From assembly GCA_017525225.1 (NCBI GenBank), contig JAFXTB010000178.1, positions 9,660 through 73,659 on the forward strand: a stretch of DNA of 64,000 bases, written 5' to 3'. A program made the position numbers and the translations under genes. The notes under the pieces are model-generated. The model had not been told where the DNA came from. It worked only from the letters and a program-made list of their open reading frames with translations, and did not search any database. Each line of letters opens with the position of its first letter. The stretch's first letter is position 1. Of this stretch, positions 26,777 to 34,941 are shown piece by piece. This stretch comes from Kiritimatiellia bacterium (GTDB lineage: Bacteria > Verrucomicrobiota > Kiritimatiellia > RFP12 > UBA1067).

Positions 26777-29700
26777 TTATTGGATGAATAAAGCGGCGCC
26801 GTTAGGAGCGATCACCCCTTCCTGAATATCGTACCAATCATCGTCTTCTTCATCGTAATAGCTTCCAGACGGCGTGTATAGGAACTGCAAATCAACCGCC
26901 ATCCCGCCAACAACGAAAGTCGCCAGTGCGCATTTGTCATGGACAAAGCGAACCACGGTCGTCGCACTCACCTTTTTCGAGCCAATCTTGCCCGCCAGTG
27001 TCGCAATACCAGTATCGGAAACTTTAATTGACACAGGGAACGATGTCATGCCATAGACACAATATCTGCAGAAAAGACTGTAATCGCCATTTTCCCTAGC
27101 TACCGCCAATTTCTGCGTCCCCAGCTTGCTCAGCAATTTGGCGATGTGTCCGGCACTTGCATTCAGGTATTTCTTCTTGCTGTTCTTGCCGTATGGATTC
27201 CGCACGGCGTACGCCCAGACGATGTCGGTGCACAACCCAGACGACGGCTCTGGCTGGTAAGAGCCTTCAAGAGCCGCCTCGGTGGCGTCCCACGCCAAGG
27301 ATGGTTTGATCGATATCTTCAGCTTCTTCTTCCAGCTGACAAGAGTGGCACTGTAGACACCATCGTCGTCTATGGAAGACCACTTGCTAGCGGCAAATGT
27401 AGTTGATCCAAGCTTGGCCGAAATCTTGCCGTCGCTCTTGACAACCACCTTGAAGACATGCACTTTATCCGTTATGGCAGTGTAGCGGCGTCCAACATCC
27501 TGATTGTCTCCCTCTTCCGAATCGTCATAACCGCAATCCTCACAGTCATCGTCGTCATAATCGTCATCATCGTCATCGTCAGCATCCCATGGCGTAAATC
27601 CATAATACCCTGATGTATACCCGTAACTATGTGCGGCAATCCATGAACTGTCCTTCGAGGCGAAACCGTTAAACGTTCCGACCACCGCCGAAGGCAGGGC
27701 AACGGCCTTGATCTTGATCTTGAAGGTCCTCGACCATCCCCATTTGTTCGTAAGTTTTATCGCCACGGTGCTCGTACCCGCCTTGCGCGGCACCCCGCTG
27801 ATCTTTCCGCTCTTGTAGGCAAGTCCGCTCGGAAGACCGCTCACCTTGACCGTCGCGGACGAACCGGACACGCCGGACATGCCGGGCGTCGCGGTGAGCG
27901 CGAAAGTCTGCTGTACGCCCACGCGCACGGTCACCGTTGCGCCGGACGACGTCACTGTCGTGGCGTTTTCCGCCGACGTGCCGTTTACGCGCGCCGACAC
28001 GGACACGGTGAATCCGGGATTCTTCGCCACGATCTTGATCGTCTTCTTGGCTGTCCCCTTGGAGTTCTTCGCCGTGATCGTCACCTTGGACGTCCCGGGC
28101 TTCTTCGCCTTGCCGGTTATCTTCCCGCCCGAATACTTGAGCCCGGACGGAAGCCCCTTCACCGTTACGGTCGTCTTCTTGATGGTCGACAGCACTGTGA
28201 TCGGAATGCTGCAGGACTGCCCCGGAATCACTGTATAGGAACTATCGCAGTAGATGGCCGGCTTGGGCTTGGGGGCAGGCAGCGTGCCCGCTAGCTCGGC
28301 AGCCACGCGAAAGCCTAGGTTCTCGTAGGTGTCGGACGGGTATACGGTATCCGAGCCGTCCCAGTACCAATATTTCTTGTCATAGCTCTCGCTCCATGAC
28401 GCACCGCACATCATTTTCGATTCGTCTGCGCTGGAATTCGGCCCGACAGGATCCGTGACCGCCTTCGTGACGTTCCATTCCCAATCCAGAGTCCATTCCG
28501 ACACATTTCCATACATGTCGTAGATTCCCCAGGCGTTCGGCGCGTAGGATCCGACCTTCGTATGTTCGCCGTACCCGCCCTTTCCGTCATTCGCGTTTTC
28601 AGGGATTCGTCCGCACGACGTCACGTTAACGGTGCTCCCGCCGCCTGCGCGGAAGGCATACTCGCCCTGCGCCAGCGTGGGCAGGTCCACCGAAACGCCC
28701 GACCGGGCGCGGAGACGTCCGATGAACGAATTCGCATCGACAGTCCTCACCGCCGGCCAGTTGTATGTCCGCACATTGCCGCGAATGGATTCCCACGAAA
28801 CGCGCTCCACTGGGCGCGTATCTCCCCTGTAGCGCGACGGATTCTGCCCCGTCACCAGTTCGTACTGCTTCTGCGTCACCTCGAATACGCCGATGTAGTA
28901 CGGCTTCGTGATCGAGACCTTGTACGAGCCGATGACGGTCGGCACCTCGTTACCATAATCATCCATATCCCAATCTACATCATCCATCATGAAACTGCCC
29001 GCCTCCACCTTCTTCAGCACCAGTTTGGTCGTCTTGTATTCATCCGTCCAGCCGCCGGCGGGAATGGCATCAAGATATGTAACCGGGTATTTCGACGCGC
29101 TCGCGCCTGTCGAGAGATCGATCACGCAATACGTACCAGATGTGGGAGTTGTCGGTGTCGTGCTGGCGTTCCAGTGGGCGTAGTACGTCACGTTACCGGT
29201 AACCTTCGTGGACGTCGATATCTTCGTACCGCCGCTCGCAGCGGTCCACCACCCGTCAAACGTGTACCCGCTCCGCGTCGGCGTCGGCAGCGTCCCGACC
29301 GCCGAACCGCTGGCGACAGACCGCGTCGTGCCGCCGCATCCCCCGTTCGCGTTGAACGTCACCGTGTAATAATCTCCACTACCAGCCAATGTCACGCCGC
29401 TCGCCGGATCGCCAACAAGCTTGAATGCCGAGGAATCAAAGGATGCATACGAACCTTCTGCAACAGAGAACTCCAATCCGGCTTCGCCCAATCCATTCAC
29501 ATGAAGCAATCTAATACTGTAAATCCCAGCAGACGGAAAGCTTACGGTCATCAAATCTGTACTCATTGCTCCACTGGAAGAAGAATGGAATTCACGAGAA
29601 ACTCCAGTGCCACTAATTGTTGCAGAAAATACATCGTCACATCCACAGGCAAAAGTCCATTCTCCGGCCCGTGGAACATATATTGATGTTGTCGCATCCA

Positions 29701-31705
29701 CAACGAAATAATTACTGCCCCCTCCTGGGAAATCCACCATGTCACTTGAGAATTTTATATCTCTGTAATGTCCCAAGCCATAGGCAAATGCAATCTTATC
29801 ATAAGTTTTCGTCACTGGTTCCCCATTCCAGACGGAATGATCGCCAATTGCTTGTAACGCATAAGAATCTGTTTCCTGTAAGCTTTCACCAAGAATATTT
29901 TCCGTGAGATTGTACTGTGTCACCATCCAAAGCCCATTCGCTGGCGGCGTCGTCCCCGCCGTGCCGTCGTACAACGCCTTAACCTCCGCTGCCGACAACG
30001 CACGGTTGTAGATGCGGAGGTCATCTATACTTCCATCAAAACACCCATATTGTGTCTTACCGAGGGAATAATCACCATTTGAGTCAACACTAAGCATAAT
30101 GCATTTGGTTCGCGAACTACTGAGGCCTTCCCTCACAAACACCCCGTCAAGATAGAGTTTGGGCGCACCATTCTCGGAAACGGAAACGACCGCATGATGC
30201 CAACTAGCATCGATTGCCGTCTCATACTTCAAGACTGCCGCCTTGTAACCGCCTCCATGCTCATAAATGTTCAATCCATTTGACCCAGCCTTCAACCCTA
30301 CACCAACATATCCTGAAAGATAAATGTTCGGCTGAGCCGGATAAACCAAAAAGTTCTTGCCATTATAATCAGTCCCACTCGTCGTTTCGCCTTTCAGTAC
30401 AGTAGTTTCGAATGTCTTAAACCAGCATGAAAAAGTAAAAGTGTCCTTGACTAACAGCAGCTCTGATGTCCCGAGCGCAATGTTATTGTCCAACTGATAT
30501 GCGCCGTTTTCCAGCCCATCATGTCCCACTACACAAGTGAGAGTGCCCTCCACCACCAAATGATACCCGTTCCCGCTCGCATCGTTCGCGTTGCCATCAA
30601 ACGGATAGTACGCAACAAGGCCATCGGTCAATGATCTGCCAGCAGGTGCCGCCCCATACTCATAGCATCCGATATCGACCGTACCGTTGGCGATACGGGC
30701 GTTGCCCGCCAAGTCCTTGTCGCTCGTCACATACGAATTGTCGCCCGCATCGATACACGGCGAACCCGCCGTAAGCCGATAGTCACCGTTCGCCGCATCC
30801 ACGAAGTTGGGAGTTGCACTGATATTGCCAGCCCCAACATTCAATGTCGCAACATTCTTTTTTGTCACGCCACCTTGTACACAGCTATATGAGACTGCGG
30901 CCATCGTACCAGAGCTGTACACACTTGAGAATGCATCTATCTGGCTACCTCCATTGTTCCAGACGATGCAGCCCTTCACTTTAACAGTCGCGCCATTGGC
31001 CAATCCAACACCGCCTTGATACCCAAAGAAATCCGTGGAGTCATTGCCATAGATGGTACAGTTGACCAAAGTCATCTCGCCGTCATCACTCTCGACAAAG
31101 ATCGCTCCACCGCAAGCCCACGCAAAGTTATCGTAAAACAGACAGTTTTCCACAAGTACACTTCCTGAAGCACTTGAAATACCACCTCCAAAAGTGCCTG
31201 AATCTGTACGTGGCGTGCCATGCCCGTTTCCATGTATTATGCAGTTGCGGATTGTGGCGCTTGTACGACAGCGCACGCCGCCGCCATAATAGTCATACCC
31301 GTATGAGGAAGGATTCGGCTCTCCAGTGCCGCCCGTAATCTCAAAACCGTCAATGGTCGCCCCGGTCGCATTCTCCATTATCCTTACAGCAGCATATCCT
31401 GACAGTCCATGTACAGTTGTGTTTTTTGCCCCTGAAGCCGACTTGACTTCAACCCTCCTTGAGATTTCAATCCTTTCATTATACGTCCCTGGTGCAACAA
31501 GAATCGTGTCGCCTGCCGACGAAGCATCAATCGCCGCCTGGATCGTCGCCTTGGCGGAAGATTGGCTCGTGCCGGAGTTGTAGTTCGACCCCGTCGAGCC
31601 GTTTACATACCACGTAGTCGCAGATACCATCATCGGCATCAGCAGCACAGCCACGGTCAACTTTTTCAGCATCAACTGGAATACTTTTGAAAATTCTGTT
31701 TTCAT
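26777..31705 (-). CDS. Giant secreted multi-domain surface protein (1,642 aa): signal peptide; pectin-lyase-like beta-helix; LamG/ConA-like; Listeria-Bacteroides repeat; FGE-sulfatase (SUMF1-like) domain; two Ig-like (dystroglycan-type) domains; poly-Asp linker; C-terminal domain
   Basis: Parallel beta-helix repeats NCIIHGN / NCLFYDN / NCTIYGN. LamG-like LVAYYPFDGNANDASGNGYHL. List-Bact repeat SGYTFDGWWTAASGGTKIST. FGE-like VDLPTLAQGEYAFRAGG and GIYDMYGNVSEWTLDW. Ig-like GLPSGLKYSGGKITGKAKKPGTSKVTITAKN, twice. Linker DADDDDDDDYDDDDCEDCGYDD. Confidence 0.8.
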   Translation of the reverse strand: MKTEFSKVFQLMLKKLTVAVLLMPMMVSATTWYVNGSTGSNYNSGTSQSSAKATIQAAIDASSAGDTILVAPGTYNERIEISRRVEVKSASGAKNTTVHGLSGYAAVRIMENATGATIDGFEITGGTGEPNPSSYGYDYYGGGVRCRTSATIRNCIIHGNGHGTPRTDSGTFGGGISSASGSVLVENCLFYDNFAWACGGAIFVESDDGEMTLVNCTIYGNDSTDFFGYQGGVGLANGATVKVKGCIVWNNGGSQIDAFSSVYSSGTMAAVSYSCVQGGVTKKNVATLNVGAGNISATPNFVDAANGDYRLTAGSPCIDAGDNSYVTSDKDLAGNARIANGTVDIGCYEYGAAPAGRSLTDGLVAYYPFDGNANDASGNGYHLVVEGTLTCVVGHDGLENGAYQLDNNIALGTSELLLVKDTFTFSCWFKTFETTVLKGETTSGTDYNGKNFLVYPAQPNIYLSGYVGVGLKAGSNGLNIYEHGGGYKAAVLKYETAIDASWHHAVVSVSENGAPKLYLDGVFVREGLSSSRTKCIMLSVDSNGDYSLGKTQYGCFDGSIDDLRIYNRALSAAEVKALYDGTAGTTPPANGLWMVTQYNLTENILGESLQETDSYALQAIGDHSVWNGEPVTKTYDKIAFAYGLGHYRDIKFSSDMVDFPGGGSNYFVVDATTSIYVPRAGEWTFACGCDDVFSATISGTGVSREFHSSSSGAMSTDLMTVSFPSAGIYSIRLLHVNGLGEAGLEFSVAEGSYASFDSSAFKLVGDPASGVTLAGSGDYYTVTFNANGGCGGTTRSVASGSAVGTLPTPTRSGYTFDGWWTAASGGTKISTSTKVTGNVTYYAHWNASTTPTTPTSGTYCVIDLSTGASASKYPVTYLDAIPAGGWTDEYKTTKLVLKKVEAGSFMMDDVDWDMDDYGNEVPTVIGSYKVSITKPYYIGVFEVTQKQYELVTGQNPSRYRGDTRPVERVSWESIRGNVRTYNWPAVRTVDANSFIGRLRARSGVSVDLPTLAQGEYAFRAGGGSTVNVTSCGRIPENANDGKGGYGEHTKVGSYAPNAWGIYDMYGNVSEWTLDWEWNVTKAVTDPVGPNSSADESKMMCGASWSESYDKKYWYWDGSDTVYPSDTYENLGFRVAAELAGTLPAPKPKPAIYCDSSYTVIPGQSCSIPITVLSTIKKTTVTVKGLPSGLKYSGGKITGKAKKPGTSKVTITAKNSKGTAKKTIKIVAKNPGFTVSVSARVNGTSAENATTVTSSGATVTVRVGVQQTFALTATPGMSGVSGSSATVKVSGLPSGLAYKSGKISGVPRKAGTSTVAIKLTNKWGWSRTFKIKIKAVALPSAVVGTFNGFASKDSSWIAAHSYGYTSGYYGFTPWDADDDDDDDYDDDDCEDCGYDDSEEGDNQDVGRRYTAITDKVHVFKVVVKSDGKISAKLGSTTFAASKWSSIDDDGVYSATLVSWKKKLKISIKPSLAWDATEAALEGSYQPEPSSGLCTDIVWAYAVRNPYGKNSKKKYLNASAGHIAKLLSKLGTQKLAVARENGDYSLFCRYCVYGMTSFPVSIKVSDTGIATLAGKIGSKKVSATTVVRFVHDKCALATFVVGGMAVDLQFLYTPSGSYYDEEDDDWYDIQEGVIAPNGAALFIQ

Positions 31706-31849
31706 CTTCCGTTCTCCTGAGGTAGTTGCAAAACCCCCTCTTTCGCGCCATTCGCGGGCTAGGCCACACAGCCTGACGAAGCCCGCAAAACCACCGCTGC
31801 ACGACTGAAAGGTTCAGCGCATCAATTATGCCAAAATCTCACCTCGGAC

Positions 31850-33070
31850 GCAAGGGGGAAAATGAAGTTTTTCATTTATGGGGAGGGGTAATTGCATTTT
31901 TATCCGTTTTATCCTTGATTTTGTTATGTTATATGCTATACTATAAGCATGAAATCACAAAGCAACCGGCCAGACATCTCCGAAATGCCGCCATACAGGC
32001 TTGGCAGACACTGGATCACAATCCAGGCATACCTCATACCCGGCCTCGAGGACGACATCGGGGAACTCAGCGAGGAGCTGAAGAAGTTCATGGGGATATG
32101 CGAACTGCTCATCGACGAGAAGATGTTCGCCAAGTACCGATGGTGCGGGAACGGGCGTCCGCCGAGCAGCCGCATCAGCCTGTTCAAGGCGTACATCCTC
32201 AAGGCGATGCGCAACTACCCCTACACCAAGACGCTGATCGCAGCCGTGAAGGAATCGCCCACTGTCAGACGACTTTGCGGCTGGGAGTCCGTCGCCGATG
32301 TTCCGGACAAGTCCCAGTTCTCGCGGACGTTCAAGGCGTTCGCCAAGGACGATGTCGGCTCGAAGGCACTTGCCGCATGCCTCACGGAGCATCTCGGCCG
32401 CAACGGCGTCATGCACGGAAGCCACGACTCCTCGGAGATCGAGGCGAGGGAGAAAGGCGTGACGTGCAAGAGAGACGCAAGGGATGCCGAACGTCCGGCA
32501 GAGACGCGCATCGAACGCCAGCAGAGGCAGGACGAGGCGACGAACTTCGCGGAGCTGCCCACGGACTGCGACTGGGGCTGCAAGCGTAACAGCAAGGGCA
32601 AGACAGAGAAGTGGAAAGGCTACAAGCTGCATCTGGTCGTCGGAGACGGGGACATCCCGCTGTGCGCGTTCCTCTCGTCGGCAAGCATGCACGACTCGCA
32701 GGCCATGATCCCGATGATGCAGCGGACGAGCGCGTCGTTCGACTACTTCTACGACCTCGCCGACGCCGCATACGATGCGGCGGGAACGAGGGCGATGTCG
32801 CAGAGCCTGAACCACGTCCCGCTCATCGACGGCAATCCCAGGCGCGGGGAGAAGCAGATCGACGACATAGGCGCGAAGTTCGTCAACATCGTCCCGGCCG
32901 AAGCCGTCCACTACCGCATCCGCACCGGCGTGGAGCGCGTGTTCGGGATGCTCAAGGACTCGCACGGCGGCTGCATGGTCAGGGTACGCGGGCACGAGAA
33001 GGTGTTCCTCCACCTGATGTTCTGCATCCTGGCGAGCGCGGGGAAGGAGACGCGTCCGATCGTCTGATCC
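31850..33070 (+). mobile_element. IS5-family (DDE_Tnp_1, DUF772 N-domain) insertion sequence; termini approximate, inverted repeats not identified
   Basis: Carries the transposase ORF 31949-33067. AT-rich left flank 31850-31948. The right side abuts or overlaps wzx-derived sequence at about 33016. Confidence 0.55.
31949..33067 (+). CDS. IS5-family DDE transposase
   Basis: 372 aa. KGKTEKWKGYKLHLVVGDGDIPLCAFLSSASMHDSQ matches the IS5/IS4 DDE_Tnp_1 signature (compare IS5 ...GKKGKQWYFGMKAHIGVD...ANEHD). Second Asp in DLADAAYD, Glu in RTGVERVFGMLKD. The N-terminal region resembles the InsH/DUF772 domain. Confidence 0.8.
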   Translation: MKSQSNRPDISEMPPYRLGRHWITIQAYLIPGLEDDIGELSEELKKFMGICELLIDEKMFAKYRWCGNGRPPSSRISLFKAYILKAMRNYPYTKTLIAAVKESPTVRRLCGWESVADVPDKSQFSRTFKAFAKDDVGSKALAACLTEHLGRNGVMHGSHDSSEIEAREKGVTCKRDARDAERPAETRIERQQRQDEATNFAELPTDCDWGCKRNSKGKTEKWKGYKLHLVVGDGDIPLCAFLSSASMHDSQAMIPMMQRTSASFDYFYDLADAAYDAAGTRAMSQSLNHVPLIDGNPRRGEKQIDDIGAKFVNIVPAEAVHYRIRTGVERVFGMLKDSHGGCMVRVRGHEKVFLHLMFCILASAGKETRPIV

Positions 33071-33846
33071 ACCGAATTCATCAGGACGCCCGCCACATGG
33101 TTGCCCTTGTGGACGAATGCGAGATCGGCCCTGGTGAAGCATTTTCCCACGACCGCGGCATAGAGGTTGCTGTAGAGCTTGGATACCATCAGCCCTGCCG
33201 TCATCTTCCATCCGAAGGAGAAGAGCCTTCCCGCCGCCGCCCAGGAGAACACAAGCGCAGGACGCCACCGCACGACAAGCTGCCGCGCGATCGTCCCCGC
33301 AAGCCCCCCCGCCACGGACGCCCATACGAGCGACCAGGCGCCAAAGCCGGCGAACGCGAGCGATATGCCGGTAATGTATCTTGCGCCAACCCCGACCCAG
33401 CTGATGCGGAAGCTCAGCTTGAAAAGCATCTTGCGATTCAGTTCCGCAGTCTGCACCCCGTTCACCGCATGGAAGAGAACGGTGATCGCGAGAATACGCA
33501 GCATTGGCACGAGCGAGGGAATCGAATAGAAGCTTGCGACGGCCGGCGCGGCAAGGAAAAGCACGGTGTAGAGGACGGCGGCCACGGTCACGCTGATGTA
33601 GAAGACCGTGTTGAAGTCCGTCTGCGAGGCATCCTTCTTCTGGACCAGCGCATTTCCGAATCCAACGTCGGTGAGTATGTTGGATATCGAGATGAAAACG
33701 GAAAGAAGCGCTACCGTGCCGTAGTCGTCGGGAGTGAGGAGACGGGCAAGGACGAGCGTCACCACGAAGTGCGCCAGCTGGATGCCGAACTTCTCCATCA
33801 GCACCCAGAAGACGCCCCGCGCGACCTTGTCCGTCAGCTTCCCCAC
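33016..33846 (-). pseudogene. Wzx-type polysaccharide flippase (PST/MOP family), 3'-truncated (about 270 of an expected about 480 codons) at the IS junction
   Basis: N-terminus MGKLTDKVARGVFWVLMEKFGIQLAHFVVTLVLARLLTPDDYGTVALLSVFISISNILTDVGFGNALVQKK is a typical Wzx start. Hydrophobic helices continue to ...IGRVSFPALARMQNI. Translation then runs into antisense transposase sequence. No C-terminal half was found on the other side of the IS. Confidence 0.55.
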
Positions 33847-33865
33847 CGCAGGACGTTATCGCGGC

Positions 33866-34855
33866 CTATACGCCCGATGGCGGATAGAACCGCTTGCGGG
33901 CGTCCGCAACGATGTCGATCGCCTTGTTCTGCCTGGCGTCGTTTGACGGCTTGCACATCATCCACGGCGCCATGAGGAATCCCTTGAGGCGCGACGGATC
34001 GATATGCTTGCGGCAGAACTCCACCAGCCCCGGGAAGTTCTCGTCGCAGGCCCACACGCTTCCGCACGGGAGCTGGTCGAACCCGGCCTTGTCCAGCGCG
34101 ATGAACGTCTCGAGGTGTATCTTGCGCTGCGGCGGGATCGTCTCGAAGTCGAACCACTGCCGGTAGTACCAGTTGCTCTGCAGCAGGACCTTGGGGCAGC
34201 GGCGCAGATATTCGTCGCGATGGCGCCAGCAGTAGTCGCTCCAGGCCATCGGGCGCATGCCCGCGTCCTCTACGGTCTTGATGAACCACAGGAAGTCGTG
34301 CCACCACAGTTCGCCGTTGCGCACGATCGCCAGCTCGTTCATCCGCTGGTTGCCGAAATCCTCCTCGTCGTACCCGATGTGGAGGAAACGCGGATGGTCG
34401 AACACCTCGGCGACGTCGCGGATGAGATCGGCGCAGACCTTGTAGTACGTGGGCGTGGATACCATGCGCTCGTACTCGCCCAGCCACGTATCGTGGCATG
34501 CCGAGAAGTTCAGCTTGGGGATCGGCTCCAGGCCGCGGGAGCGGAGCCTGGCAAGCTCGGCCCTGAAGCGGTCCACATCCCAGCTGCCCTTGACGGCCAG
34601 CTCGGGATGGCTGGGATAGATGAGCGCCTCGCCCACGTCTATCATGATCATGTTCAGGCCCTTGTCGGCGGCATGGTCCGTCACCACGCGCCAGGAATTC
34701 GGATCGCAGCGAACATGGTCCGCCACGGACGTGCCCGACAGATAGTCTTCGCTCTTGCCCGGCGGGATGTTGAACGCCCGCTCGCGCGGCGTGTTGTGCC
34801 ACATGTTGTATCCGAAGTGGAGCAGGTCGCCCCATATCAGCCCGTTCTTCTCCAT
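33866..34855 (-). CDS. Hypothetical protein, possible TIM-barrel glycosidase-like (HIGYDEE motif reminiscent of GH20 H-x-G-G-D-E)
   Basis: About 330 aa. Motifs MIMIDVGEAL and LHIGYDEEDFGNQ. A weak by-eye call only; start taken at MEKNGLIWGD. Confidence 0.35.
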   Translation of the reverse strand: MEKNGLIWGDLLHFGYNMWHNTPRERAFNIPPGKSEDYLSGTSVADHVRCDPNSWRVVTDHAADKGLNMIMIDVGEALIYPSHPELAVKGSWDVDRFRAELARLRSRGLEPIPKLNFSACHDTWLGEYERMVSTPTYYKVCADLIRDVAEVFDHPRFLHIGYDEEDFGNQRMNELAIVRNGELWWHDFLWFIKTVEDAGMRPMAWSDYCWRHRDEYLRRCPKVLLQSNWYYRQWFDFETIPPQRKIHLETFIALDKAGFDQLPCGSVWACDENFPGLVEFCRKHIDPSRLKGFLMAPWMMCKPSNDARQNKAIDIVADARKRFYPPSGV

Positions 34856-34941
34856 CGCAGTTGCTCCTTTTTTCTCTGACAACGTTCCTACCTCCGGCGC
34901 CTGTACGCCGACAGGCGATATTATAGCACATTTCCGCCGAT

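Noticed and set aside
31850-33100. Terminal inverted repeats and target-site duplication of the IS
   Set aside because: I compared about 100 nt at each presumed end by eye and found no convincing inverted-repeat pair. The element boundaries are therefore left approximate.
32611-33975. 454-aa plus-strand ORF spanning the IS right end and wzx region
   Set aside because: Arg/Gly/His-rich low-complexity translation. It overlaps the transposase in another frame and the wzx fragment on the opposite strand.
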